A stretch of DNA of 57,296 nucleotides, the filler included, from Sluysia triapertura (lineage: Eukaryota): NCBI GenBank assembly GCA_046118255.1. It is 4 parts of 4 records of this genome, joined end to end, with 100 filler letters (N's around TTAATTAATTAA, not from the genome) between each part and the next. Parts side by side here need not be neighbours in the genome. Positions count along the whole stretch, not along the records: positions 28,060 to 44,108 come from JBJNIA010212032.1; positions 44,209 to 57,296 come from JBJNIA010060538.1; 2 more parts are not named here. The stretch is one strand, 5' to 3'. The notes under the pieces are model-generated. The model made no database searches and was not told the origin of the DNA. It saw only the letters and a program-made list of their open reading frames with translations. How positions within the stretch are numbered: the stretch's first letter is position 1; each line of letters starts with the position of its first letter. Position numbers and translations under genes: made by a program. Shown in pieces: positions 35,000-48,934 of this stretch.

Positions 35000-37075
35000 C
35001 AAAATATAGCGTATAATATAGCATGTTAAACATCGCAAAGGTAATACTGAACGAAAAAATTATATTAAATTAATAACTTTACGATTGTTTATCGGTGCTA
35101 TTTAGCGCGTGGATGTGCAACGGAGCATCGTTAAAAGTTTATGTAGTAATAATAATAGAACTATTTAAAAAATAGGTAAATCAATAAGTAAACAACAAAC
35201 AAGTAGAAAATAATTACAATTTTTTATATCAATAACAATAGTGACAATAATGAATAATGCGAAGTTTAAATTTAGGTTAAAAAATTTTAACTGTACATGA
35301 TATCATAGAATTAAGTTTGTGTTTCATGTGTGTAGTTTGCTGATTACATCTTTTTAAAGTTTGTTTAATATTTAATTTATATTGGTGTTTGCTTATGATT
35401 ATATTTGTAATTGTTGTGGCTAAACTTTGAGTTCACTACATAAGCACCATTTTGAGAAGCTGGGTCTAAGGAAGTAATAAAATAAACTTTAAAAATTTTT
35501 CAATGGCATTGGCGGTTCTTTTTTGTTAATAATTGAATTGAATAACCTGCTGTGAAGGCTACTGATTTGACCTAAGAATTAGTATTTGCTTCTTCGTTAT
35601 CGATTAGATTGTTGCTGGTTTTAATTTGCACCGGTTTACAGTTTTGGGTTGTCTAGCAATTGAGGTAGTTTGATTGTTTGGATTTATCTTAGTGCCTTTA
35701 TGTGGCCCAAAATATTTCGATTACAGAGAAGCAAACTCCCTATCTGTGATACATTTTGGGATATATGCACCTGATGAATTGTGTATTGGTTTATTCTACA
35801 AAATATTCACGGAGATAATGAGAAAAAACTTTTTTGGTGTTGCAGTTTCAAATGATTCGTTTGGTAGTCTGGTATCAGTGCCCAGTACCATCTAAGCTGG
35901 AGAATATCTTGTTGAAAAATGTGAAATATTTCTCAAACCAAGTAAAATTAAAGGCAATGCGTCAGACTACTTGTTCTTCATTACAAAACTTGGAATGAAG
36001 CCTTTAATATTCGGTGAAAGCGCTCTATCATTACATTTGATTGAGGATGATAGGCTGTAGTTAATAGCCTTGAATTTAATAAGTTATTAAATAATTCTGT
36101 TTCAAATTGTTTTCCTTGATCAGTTATAACGCGCTTTGGCACTCTGAATCTTGAGGTCCAATGTGTAACCAAGATATTCGATATAGTTTAACTTGAAATG
36201 AATCATAGAGAAAAGTTTAGAGTTTAGAGCTGATGAAGGACTGACTATCTTGTATCAAAAATTTGACCAGTGGGAAGTGGAGAATTTCTGGTTTAGTGTG
36301 TTTATAGACTTTGATTGTCTGAAAGGTTAAACTCAATTTGGTCCAGTGCTTTTGAACCTTTTCTCATAAAAGGCCACATAACTTTGGATCTTAGAACTTC
36401 GTAGGTAGATTTTGCTCCTGAGTGTGTTACAATTCGAATACTTTAATTCTAAGATTTGGGCCACGAACTTGTCGTGAAATTTCAGACTATTGGTGGTCGA
36501 AATAGACTCCTTCGCGAGATAATACTTCTGCTAAAGGAGAGTCACCTTTTAAATCTTCGATCGAGAACATGGTTTGGAATTCAATATTGTTAATTTCAAC
36601 TGGTGATAAGGTGTCTGCGACCACGTTTTCCAGTCATAGAATGTCTTGCATTTCGAAATTAAACTTTGAAATTAAGCTTATGTGTCTTTGTTGTCGTGTT
36701 GAAGGATTTTCATAAAAAATATAAACAAATGTTTGTGGTCTGATCGAAGAGTGAATTTTACTGGCATAAGTAGATATTCGAAATGTTTTACTGCCAGACA
36801 TATAGCCAATAATTTTCGATCGAAGGCAGAGTAAAGTGTTGAGTAATACTAAATTTGTTTGGTACTGAGTCAGTACCGCTCCGACTGCAATTTTTGATGT
36901 GTCTGTTGTCAGTATGAATAGTATGTTTGGTAATGCCTTGCATCTGTGTAATATGGTCTTTAACTTGTTGGAATGCGAGTAATGATGTTTCATTCCAGTT
37001 TATTGTTTGTGTTAGTGGTGCTAAGATTCCGGAAAATTTCAGCAATAATCGACAATAATTTATAATTTATAAATT
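35000..37075 (-). mobile_element. Ty3/gypsy LTR retrotransposon 3' part (RT thumb, RNase H, integrase, 3' LTR from 35440), decayed
   Basis: FSGILAPLT; LTTDTSKIAVGAVLTQ; RQQRHISLISKF; ENVVADTLS; VITDQGKQFETELF..TTAYHPQSNVMIERFHRILKAS. The LTR begins TGTAGTGAACTC at 35440; its far end is approximate. Confidence 0.9.
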
Positions 37076-37179
37076 ATAATAATATAAATTTATTATAATT
37101 ATGATAAATTATTATAGAATTGAATAATTTTGTGGCCATACTTCATAAAGTAGGATTTTCCACAGACTGATTCATTTAT

Positions 37180-37730
37180 TTATTTAGTGATTCCTTTAGT
37201 CTTTTTGTATTCAGTAGTATTATAAAATTTTGGCATCGAAAATATCTATTTAGTATATTATACCTCACCTTGACTTTCGCTTTTAAATTTACGTATTATA
37301 TCTTGAAATTTAGTACTAAACATTAAATGGTTTATATCACGATTTGAGGCAACCAATAATCCATCTTTAATCATTTCATTTAATAAATTAACATTATTGC
37401 ATTTAAAAAAGAAACTATCAGTATCACCAACCTATTTTACTATTTGTGGTAATTTATTAACATTATAAATTCAGTTGAAGCCATTAATAAGTAAAGTTCA
37501 GTGATGTAAATTATTAATATCTATGTACAATGAACTAACATTGTCGGCTTCGCATAGTATTTGTTGACAAATGATATTCCCACAACTTACATTATTTTTG
37601 AAAAACTAAACGTATCATGATCAGTTAAAACCAGTAGCTCAACATCTTGTGATTCAAGTGTTGATTCCCTACATAATCCAGGCACTGATAAGAAGTTGAC
37701 TGGATCCAACTGATATTAAGTGTTGACCAA
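37180..37730 (-). pseudogene. Polinton protein-primed DNA polymerase B remnant
   Basis: YQLDPVNFLSVPGL..VELLVLTDHD..GISFVNKYYAK..LYIDINNLH (motif A); GDTDSF (motif C, about 37414-37425); KFKSE..MPKFY..KTKGI. The region between motifs A and C appears deleted. Confidence 0.85.
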
Positions 37731-38094
37731 ATTATTCAAAAATATTCCATAAATTTAATTCTACTTTTCCCATCTCAAATATTCCTTGTCATTATGATAT
37801 TTTTCAAATTTTGTTAAATATTTATATGAATGTTTTCAATCATATGTTTTTATTATCTAAAATTTAGTATCACAATAGCCAAAATTTTAATATTCTTCTT
37901 GTAATACTTGTCTATACTACTAAATGAACTTCTTATCTCGTGTTGGTGATTTTATTAGATTGTGATAATGAACATGCTAGCATTATTATCTGGATGAGTG
38001 AATGAGTAATTATAACTTGATAAAATTAAATGAAAACTTCAGTAATCATTTGATTATAATAAAAGAAGTTAATGGTTATACCAATAATTGAGAT

Positions 38095-38930
38095 TCAAGT
38101 GTCGACTCTAGTTTCTTATATCCAATCCAATTAACAAGTAATTCTTTCGTCTTTTCTTTATCTTTAGTTTCTAAAATTGATTCAATATGATAATTTAACG
38201 GTTTTTCAAGTGAAACTTCTAATATTGCGCAATCTTTTAATGCATACATTGTAGTATTTTGTCTTAAATAAATTTCACGAATTCGAAATACCTCATCATT
38301 CCAATTATTATTAAAGTTTTATAAAAGGAATAGCTGAAATTTTGTCATTATTACTTATTCACCAACTTTATATTTAAGTTCATTCTTTGTTTTAAATGAC
38401 TTTTCTGTCATATTTCCATAAAATTAGTTGGATTAATAGCTGCGTTTTTACGTCCATCGAGTCTTGGTGTTCACTGTAACTATATGAATTAATTAGACTA
38501 GATAATACATCTTATCTTATTTTGTAAAATATTTTATTAATTTGTCTCTTATAGAACGATTAAATCGATCAACTAATGTTGCGTTATACTGACTAAACAT
38601 TGAATAATGATTAATTCCATTTGTTCACATTTATATTATAAATCAGTTTGCAAATTTATAGGTTTAACTGGTACTACTCTTGCAAATCTTTAAAATACAT
38701 CAGCACAGTTTAAAATATATTTTTAACCATTATTAATTTTTTTTAATTATTCATTTCCCTTAAATCATATTTCTATAATTTGTTTGGTCATTCTGTAAGA
38801 AATCTTTCTTTCATTGGTTCGTTAATTGAGTATGCCAACTGATATCTCAACTACTTTGTCGTTTCCTCCTTTCTCTTTTTTTGCTAGCCTTTCTCCAATT
38901 GGATCTTTTAGATTGAATCATATTTCTTTA
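38095..38930 (-). pseudogene. Polinton retroviral-like integrase with C-terminal chromodomain remnant
   Basis: QLAYSINEP; KPINLQTD; GINHYSMFS..LVDRFNRSIRDKLIKYFT; KYKVGE; NWNDEVFRI..YALKD; YHIESIL..LLVNWIGY. Confidence 0.85.
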
Positions 38931-39229
38931 TTTGATCATCTACGACAATCTAATTTTATACTGAAATTTACAATAGGTAAATTTACATTGAGTTTATCAT
39001 AATCTACAATAATGTTTGTTTCGTTTTAGATTCATTACATTTATTTTACCAACAGTTATTTTTAACAAATTTCAACTAAATCGGCAATTACAAATTTTTG
39101 TGCTTTCAATAATGTGCTAAAGTACGATAAATTATGTTTAAATTTCAACTTTTTATTGCAACACAGTGTTTGGCTTCACAACTTTAAAAAAAATTATTCA
39201 TAATTAATATCTTATTTATTACATTGTTT

Positions 39230-39800
39230 AGAATGTGTTATATCTTTTGGATTAAAAATAGTAGTATATATATACGAATATCATACTTGTTTAAATCTAA
39301 AACAAGTATTTTAAGTTATTTTTGTTGCATCATGAAAAATATCTAATACAAGTAATTTGTTATTTGTAAATGCTTTTGCTAAATTTTTAGGATTTTTTTT
39401 GTTATTAAATAATATGCATTTCAGTTTGGAGTAGAATAGATAAAATAGATTTTGAGTTATAAAAATTACAGTTACTTCTCTATTTTAGGGAATAATTATA
39501 AAAGTCATCATGTTTGTTAGCTTCTTAATATACATAATCAATTTCGACTACATCATGCTTTTATAGTCTGTTTGACTAATTTTCTTCAAAACCATTAATT
39601 ACTTTAATATTTTTTAATTTACAAAATTTGTTTTGAGTAAATTCTGCTTCTCCATATCCACCTTGATGCCAATATATTTAGATAAAGTTAGTTATGTTTA
39701 CACTTATTACTTTGTAGTAATTTACATGCAACGTGTTTTTCAACTACTACTTGGACCTACAGTTAGTTACGGTGTATTTGATTATAAAATTTAACTACTT
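39230..39800 (-). pseudogene. Polinton A32-like packaging ATPase remnant
   Basis: Walker A VGPSSS*KT (about 39734-39760; presumably GGA mutated to TGA); VTVIFITQNLFY; KNPK..LAKAF; FHDATK; IRIYTTIF. Confidence 0.75.
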
Positions 39801-41409
39801 GATGTATAACATATTTTATTTGTATTTATGGGTTACTATTCGCTGCCTTTTATTAATTCTGTTAAGCAAAATTATTTTTAACTTATTCATTACTTAATTT
39901 TAATTAAATTCTTAAGATCTGTAGTCTTTAATCGTCTCTACTATTTGAGATGGAAGTGCAGTTGATTTATGTATTTAAAAATTCAAATTTTCTTCCTCCT
40001 TTTGATGTAAGAATTCACGAAGGTTTATTGATTACAATGCTATAACACCGGGGAAAACTATTATAACTACAAAATAATATATCAAACGTAAGTTTTGTAA
40101 TTATTATTTACAAAAAGGCATTTTATTAAAGGAATTTAGATTAATGTAAAATTATGTTATATTTGATTGTTTACAATCTTTGTAATCTAACGTTACAAAT
40201 TGATATATTTCGGTCTAATATCCTGTAACAATGGTTTTTGAATAAGAAACTTTCCGATGGCTTTCGAATGGCAACAATTTTTTTAGTAAATAATATTGTT
40301 AAGCAGCAATATTCCTTGATAATAAACATGTATTTGTTATTTATGTGATTATCCTAGTACTGTTTGTTAAATTCATTTTTTAACCAATATTATAAATTGT
40401 TATTAACTTCAATTATATTACAATTAATTAATAATTACATATTAATTATTGATTATTAATTACATGTATTTACATAAACAATTTGGATTAATTAATTGAT
40501 AAGAAATAATTAATTCGGGTGCAGCATGAGAAAATACTCCATGCACGATTAAACAAATATGTTATATTACCTTTATTTATACAATTTTGGTTTCAGGGCA
40601 GTGTTATTCAAGTTTCTATTTGAAACAGCATTTTCATTTTTTTTCAAAATTATAGTATAAGTGTTGTCAAAAACCTGTTTTTAAAAGTCAACAATGCATG
40701 ACTTATATTTTTTATCGACATGACAAACATTCAATAAAATATTTTTGTGATTATAGCTATTTTCCGTAATTTAGTGACATATCTAAAAAATTTAATTAAA
40801 CTAAAAATGCGTCTTTGTTTTTTACTTAATTTTTGTGCGACTTTGTATTTAAACGTTTCGTTTATCGCATTCTTTTTGTGTTAATAGTTTTCGCGATATT
40901 GGGATTGTCTTACATGCAACATGTTTTTTATTTTTAAAATAATTTGTTTTTAATGATAGTATTAATTCGAACTTAATGTTTTTTTAATTTTATTAAATTA
41001 TTAATATATATAACACTTTTAGTGATGGTGATCGAGAAATAACATTTAGGTTTTTATTGTGCTAATGGATTATGTGGAATTAAACTATTAGCATGCATTT
41101 CATAATTTTGCCAACTTCATTTATTTTTTATTTTTAAAGCGTCAGTGATTTCTTATCCCTGCACTATGATAACTTTATGTTTATCTGCACTCATTAAAAT
41201 ATTTGTGTGGTTCTGCATGTGGATCATATTGTGTATATCTTCCTAATTTCTTATTTTTAGTGTTTTAGTCAAACTCTTTCGAGACGGGTGACTCATAAAA
41301 TAAAAAATGAGTTATTTTATCTATAAAATGTTTTAAATCAATTTAACACCCATAATTTCATTTTTTTTGTCTTAAATTTTTAAAATACATTTTAAATCTG
41401 CATTTTCAA

Positions 41410-41592
41410 TCAATTGTATGAAGCCACGTGAATAGAAAAGACAAACGAAAAGGTACAAAATTTCATTATGGTGAAATTCAACGTTGGATTGTGCGTAGAC
41501 CCTTGTTTTAAAGAGTGTCACAATTTTAATAACTTAAATTAATAAATTAATTAAATTAATAACTCTAAAAAAGTCAATTTCGAAAGGGTTAT
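41410..41592 (+). mobile_element. piggyBac 3'-end remnant (Cys-rich domain plus right TIR)
   Basis: KRKGTKFH / NVGLCVDPCFKECH, then AAAGGG-TTAT at 41583-41592. Confidence 0.6.
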
Positions 41593-43823
41593 TAAATAAA
41601 GTCATCTCTTAAAATATTTATAACTTAATAATTTTTCGACCTACAAATTTTTGTTACTTTTGAAATTTATTTTTTATACATTAAATACAAGTATCATTAG
41701 TACACAGGTGTTCATACTTTAAATTGATTTTATGGGACTAATACAAATATTTTATACCCTAAAAAGAAAAAAAATATTTCTTCAATCTCATTATAGCAAA
41801 TCAAAAATTAAAAAAAACAATAAAAAATTGCATGCTACTAAAATTGCTTTTCGATATTGATTCGTCGTTAATTCGATGTGAATTTCGAATGTATGACGAA
41901 TTAAATTTTTATAAAATAAAATGTATTGTTAATTGTTACTTATAATTATTAATGATTCCATTAATAGAGTTAAAAAAGCTATTTTTCAAATTCTAAGCTA
42001 TTTTATACGAATAATAATAAATAAAGAAAAAGAAGTAAATAAAAAGAAAAAGGAATAAAATAATACTTTATTAAAAAATAAATACTTACAGTTATTAGGA
42101 TTCCGGTGAGTTTAGAATAGTTTCGTCGACATTTTATTTTTCAGATTCAAAATTAAAGACTAATTTGTCTTCATCTTGGTATTTATGATATCGCTCGATA
42201 AAGTTCATTTTGATTTATAATACTTAATAAAAAGTAACGAAATGAATTTCTAATTGCACTAAATTATCCAAATAGACAGTAGACATCAAGTCATCTAATT
42301 TTTTCTGTCATTTCAGCGAGCAGCAAGTTTTTAATTCTAAGCACTTTACCAATGGCAAAAACGCAGTTTGTATTTCGAATAACACAAAATTTCAGGTTTA
42401 TACATGCATTTATTATTAAGTTTAGTTACTCAATTAATTAATTCATCCATTTTGAATGTGATTGTGCAATATTGTGTTCCGTTAATATTGGTTTTTTTTA
42501 CACTCCCAATATTTCTTCATTTACCATTTGCAAAAATAAACAATGAATACATTTTTAATTTGCATATTTTGACTTTCATTGATTAAATTTAAAATTTAAT
42601 ATCAACTAAAACTTGATCTTTGTAATTAATATTTGCTATCATAAAAATAGCAATAAAATGATTTTTGTACAATAAAAATGAAATAATGAAGACGAGGGAT
42701 ATCAAGAAGATGAGTAGATATTTAATTGATATTTAATTTTAATTTATAATCCAGAATTCAAGAAAGCTAGATCTGTTCAGAATTATGTTTCTGCGTAAGG
42801 CATTTTTGAAATGTAGATTCAAATATTGTCAATTAATAATTGTCATTTTCTATTGGCATTTGCGCAAAATGAACATATGACTTCATTGTACCACTATATT
42901 CAAAAATCTTTTGATGCTTGTAATTATTGAATCTACCATAAAGTTATCATAAGATTATCTTGATAAACTTCTGATATTTACTTGTCATGTTCTGGAAGAG
43001 TCCTCTTTCATACCAAAAATCTTTTTTTCACTTTTTGCCAGTTTTTGATTTTAATTTAATTCATTTATCAATCTTTATTCTTTTATATGATTATGTATCG
43101 TCTTAAATAGGTTAATGTCATTTATTTATTGTCAATTGCCCAATTATATAAGTTATATTGGCTATTTATAAACACTTATAAAGGAAAATCTTGCAAATGC
43201 GCTTTAATAGTTTTCAAAGCATTAAAATGATTTTATAAAATTTTTTTATTACAATATGGATCAAAAATAATGCAAGATTTTAGTATATTAAAAAATTTAT
43301 TGAAAGTGTGATCTATGTGATCTTCATTTTTATTACATCTTTCACTTGTTCGGTTCAGCTTTGATTTTGGAGGTTCACATATTACTTAAATTTGTGGCCA
43401 GACTTAAAACAATTGTGCTATCACAAAGGTTTTTAACATTTCGACTTTCCTTTTAAACATTCTTAATACAGTTTGGGAATTATTTTGATAAATTCATAAT
43501 TACAAATAATAACCAATCACGTGAAATGCACACACACACACACACATCAACACCAATACAATAATACATTAACATCCTACATAAGTCATAAATTTTATTT
43601 ATGGTTAAAACTTAAATTATTAAACTCAATATTCTTTTGGTTGTAGAATCTCTGAAGTTTCCCATTTCCATATCTTCTATCGAACTTTTAATAGATATTG
43701 TCATAATCAGTATCAGCGATAATCACAACTTATGTATTTATAGAAACATTGTTTACTTATTTATGATATTTCGATGAATTTAAAATGGTAGGTAATTGTC
43801 TATTAATATGTATTAATGGAAAC

Positions 43824-43890
43824 CAGTGATTCCCAAACTTTTCGATCATACCGCCCCCTTTTCAGAATAAATATTACTTAGCGCCCCCAA
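43824..43890 (+). mobile_element. hAT (Charlie-like) left end
   Basis: CAGTGATTCCCAAACTTTT followed by CGCCCCC subterminal repeats; partner end not present before the spacer. Confidence 0.55.
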
Positions 43891-44108
43891 ACAAACCCAC
43901 ACCACATTTTTTTAGACTTTTAGTAGCAATTTATATAAAAATAGTGACCTGACTTTTAGGAAACCCTGTAAAAACGACTATAACTATATTTATATAACTC
44001 TATATATTATGTATAGTAACTCTATATTTCATATTTTCAGACATTTTTGTAAAAAGCTAATTGAAATTCTGACGTAATCAATAAACATCATATTATTATT
44101 TGTAAAGG

Positions 44109-44208
44109 NNNNNNNNNNNNNNNNNNNNNNNNNNNNNNNNNNNNNNNNNNNNTTAATTAATTAANNNNNNNNNNNNNNNNNNNNNNNNNNNNNNNNNNNN
44201 NNNNNNNN
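44109..44208. other. Artificial contig spacer
   Basis: N44-TTAATTAATTAA-N44. Confidence 0.97.
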
Positions 44209-47200
44209 AATACTGAACACAGCCAAATATGGATGCTTAGAGTAATGATGTACATAATTATTGACAGCTGCGATAAAATTAGAAATTCAAATTCTACCAT
44301 TTTCGGTTTAACATGTTTATATCAAAATATATCTAATAATAATTTAATTTAATAAATAAGAGAAAAATGTACAAATCGGAATCGCTTCTTTACGATATTA
44401 TTCCGCGTCCTAATTGGAAGTTAATTATTTATGGTTATAATTATTATTATATATTAATTTCTACATTAATAATATTTACTAATAAAAACGCGTGAAATAA
44501 ATCATTCATTACATTTCTGAAATAGAAAGAAATATTTCATAGTCCTTCAGTAATTTAACAATATCTTAATCTTCTGAATATGGTCTAGTATCGAATTGGG
44601 TCAACAATGTATTAAATCTGATGCTTATAATAAAAGTGAAGTTGTTTCAAGTTGTGTACTGCCTGTTATGATACAGAACTAAAATCAAGTAAAGAAATCA
44701 ATCAATTAAATATATTATTATTACTATTACTGTTTTATTACTTAAACTATTTGAAACGAAAATTTGATAATTCTGAAGACATCTTAACATCCGAACAGTA
44801 TCATACATTACATGAAAATAATAAATCTCATTTTTAAATAAATAAATTCCCAAGACGGAAATTCCACAAGAGAACCAAATTTGAAAACCAAGAAAAAGCA
44901 AGTTTTGTATTTCTGATTTTTATTAATGATTGAACATGATGCTTCATTATTTACGTATTTCTATCTATCTATTATTATAATTTATTATTATCATCTGCTT
45001 ATAAATGTAAGTACGATATTGTTATTAATTTTATTAATATTTTAAGTAATATTATCAATATCATTATCATTATTGACTTTAATATTATTAATGTTATTAT
45101 ATTATTATTACTATTAATATTTTATTATTATGGTAATAATTATAATTTCGTTAAAAGAAACAAAAAATTAATAAAATCAATAACAAAATAAAACAATTTC
45201 TAATGAAAAATCTACAACGGATATTAATTTAAGTAATGATCCAATAATAACAGTAATGTCAAATAATGATGAATATCGGACATAAAATCGAATTTATGAT
45301 TACATGAATCATAAGAGTTACTTTGATAACGAACTCAACATTCGTTGTTAGAACGTTAAATGATAATAGTTAGAGAATGATAAATTTTCATTTTTGATAA
45401 AGTCGATGATATGACTATAAAATTACAAAATTAATTAGTTAAGTTATTAATTAGGTTAAAGAATAAACAAAGAACAATTAATAAATTTTTAATTTTAACA
45501 ATTATCCAAAATGTTAATGATATTGAATTTACTAATATTATTTATGATTATTACAATGTGTGATGGTAATAATCTAAATAATTAAATAATTTAAAATATT
45601 TAATAATAATAATAATAATAATGTGTACAATTCAATTTGATAGTATGTTATAAAACTCAATTTGATATTGAAATAAAATTTTTTGATATTGAATGTAAAA
45701 GTTGTTATGTTGAAATACATGCCATTAGCTTATATTGAATGATTAAAGTGTTATGATACTAAAATGTATGTATGGGGATTATATACTTGTGTTAGGTGTG
45801 ATTGAAAATTATAAGTTCAACTATGTACTAAAATTATAAAAAAAACATACGAATGATTATTTGAAAATTTAAAAGAATGAATACATAATAAATGACCATA
45901 GAAAATTAGAATGTATTTAACTTTAATTATACATGAAAATTATATGAATGATTAGAATTAGAATGTCATAACTGTACGTGAAGATTAGATATGAAGATTA
46001 TTCTAAACAGATTACTATAAAAAGTAATATTAGATTTCGCTCTCAACACTAATTTAACATTTGAATGTTATTATAATTTGTTATTTGAACATAATAATCT
46101 GACATTTGAAAATAACCCTAATTTGGTATATCTCTCTATTCGAATATTACTTGTAATCTCCGTTCGAAATAGTTAAATATCGATCTCGACATAACATTGG
46201 TTGATTAAAGAGGTGTCTACGAAAAATTATGTTATTTTAACAATTATATTAAATTTTTGTTGCACAAGTATAAAACTGAAATTAAATAAAATCAAATATA
46301 TATTTTTAACTACGTATAACCTTTACATATATTTCGTAATCATTATAATTTGTAAATTATATTTTTCTGGTGTTATTAAAAAGTTTTAATAAATTTAAAG
46401 ACTTATTGATTTTACAAAGAGATTGAAAAATAAGATTTAAGGATAATAAATTATAAACTTTTAATTGGTATTTCCATCTTTAAAAACAGAGACGAGTATT
46501 AACTCAGACTCCAAGATAAACTTCTACTAAGTCATTTAGAGATATGAGAAAAATTTTCTGAACTGACAAAAAGAATTCATCAGCAAACTAAATAAAGAAA
46601 AATAAAGATACATAAATTTACAAAATCAGAATCTAAATAAAATTAACATTGAAATAACTTAATAATAATAATGTTAAATTTTGTTATTATTTTAAACGAA
46701 CTCTGTATATCTAATTATATTCTTATCGAAGATTATGTAGTTTATAGTTATGTATGTTTTATATGATTAACTTTAAAATCTTAAAATGTAGGTCAAGATT
46801 CGAATAGCTAAATTATAACTATTAATGGAAACTTCAAGTAATATCTATTCTCTCTATTTATTAGTTACATATTGCATTAACTTTATCTGAATTCGAATAC
46901 CCGTCTCAGTAATTCGAGATAGATGTGCCTATTAATAAATTAATTCTTTAAATTTGTACGGAGTTAACTCTTGTTATTGTCATGATACGTCGTGATTAAT
47001 CTAGTGTAATAAGTTTTTATCTCTATCCTAGTTTATGAGGCTTCTATTTTACCTATTCTATTACTCTATTCTAGAAATCTTTTTTTACGAACTTTACTTA
47101 TATGATTTCAAACTTATCTTGATTTCTCAATCCATTTCTTCTCAAAAGAAAATATAATGTAAAACTACAGTAATTTTATTTTAAATCAACACTGAACAAA

Positions 47201-47739
47201 TAATATAGTCAATGTAATAAAACTAAAAGAGATTATTTTCATTTGATTTTATATTTATAACTAAAATGACAAAATATTCAGACTAGAAATAAACCTTATT
47301 CAATATTATCAGCAATTTCTCTAGCAACTGTTTAAAATTTAGTTCTGTTAGTTCTAGATCAACAAATTCAATATCGTCAAGCAATTGTTTCAATATCGAC
47401 CAATTAGTTGTGCTCAATAAATAGAGGTATCTTCAACTTCAACTAAATTATACAGTTTTAGAATAATGGAAACGTCTTCAACTGGGATACAAAATCTTTC
47501 CATATGCGGTTTCTGCCAAACCAAACTGTTTTATATTTTTGTTAATATTTCGTTTTTTATCACTGATATATATAAATAATATTATGATAATATTTCATTA
47601 CTAAAATCAATACTAATATAAATGCGTAATATGTATAAGGACCAAAATTAAAACTAATATATAAGTAATAACAAAATTTCTAGTCCAAACAAGTAATGTG
47701 CTATTACATCATTTTTATTTTATCATTTAAGATGGTTTT

Positions 47740-48320
47740 ATTCAATTATAATGCTTTTAAATTTTGATTATGTATGACTTTTATCTATTATATTTAATCT
47801 TAAATTCAAATTAATTTTGATGGAATATAATGTTGCTAAATTTTAATTATACACTGATTTTATTTAATCCTAATTTAATATGATTTTATTTATCATAATA
47901 TTCTAAATCCTGCTTTTAAAATAATTTGGTCGGGTATGATCTTTAAATTTGATTTCATATTATTTTTATTAATTCTTATTTTAAAATGATTTTATTAACT
48001 GTGATAGTAAGGTTTGATGTTTATAAGTTTTGATTTCATGTTGTCTTTATACAATCTCACTTTAAAATGATTAATTGTACAGTTTAAATTTAAAATTGAT
48101 TGTTATTTGTTACTAAATTTTGAATTTATATCAACTCTATGCAATCTCACATTAATTTAATACAAAAGCATTATAATCTCAATAATAATTTTAAAATGAT
48201 TTTTATTAACATGATACATTTTATTAAAATGATTAACGCGATTTTAGAATTACAATGATTTTAAGATTAAAATGATTTTAGAATCAAAAAAAATAATTAA
48301 CATGATTAAAATGAACATTA
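47740..48320. repeat. Degenerate tandem repeat array; part recurs at 34421-34483
   Basis: Recurring tttaaaatgatt and tttgatttcat blocks; ttgttatttgttactaaatttt is shared with about 34463. Confidence 0.6.
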
Positions 48321-48934
48321 TTTAGAATACAACTGAGCATTATATTTTACAATAATCATGTAAAAGTATATACTTTTTATGTATATTTATATTTATGTAT
48401 AAATATATGTATATATTTAGCTTATGCTTATATTTATGTATATTTAATTATATTTGGCTAAGATTTGGTTTTGTGTTTTTTCTTTTACTGATTCTCTTTA
48501 GATTATAACTTAAGTATAACTTATAGATATTTTATACATTTAGATATTTATTTATATATAATATGAATAAAATATGTAATAAAAAATGTAGACAACGCAA
48601 TTAATTAGGATAAGAGTAATTCTTAAGAGCAGAATCATACGTGAAATTGTAAATAGTTTTAAAAAGCACTGTGGAAAATAATAATTAATCCAATTCGGCC
48701 ATTGGATACCTACGAGCAATACTCTTTGCATTGAAATTTAAAAACTAACCCTACTGGCTGTCCAACCAAAACAGTTATTATACTCATTTTCTTCAAACGA
48801 TATTAATTGGACAACCAATCGAGATACAGAGGAAGACAAATATTAATTGTAACCACAATTCATTAACTGGTTACAGAAAATTTTTGTCTTTCACTTCTTG
48901 TCACGTTTAATTGATAAAGAGTTAACAAATTATC

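Larger units (their letters stand above)
37180..39800 (-). mobile_element. Decayed Polinton/Maverick (ATPase - integrase - pPolB)
   Basis: Three hallmark genes in tandem on the minus strand, all broken by stops and frameshifts and absent from the ORF track. Confidence 0.85.

Noticed and set aside
42100-43400. Possible hAT transposase remnant on the minus strand
   Set aside because: Only faint patches (MVDSIITSIKRF); too degraded to support without a search.
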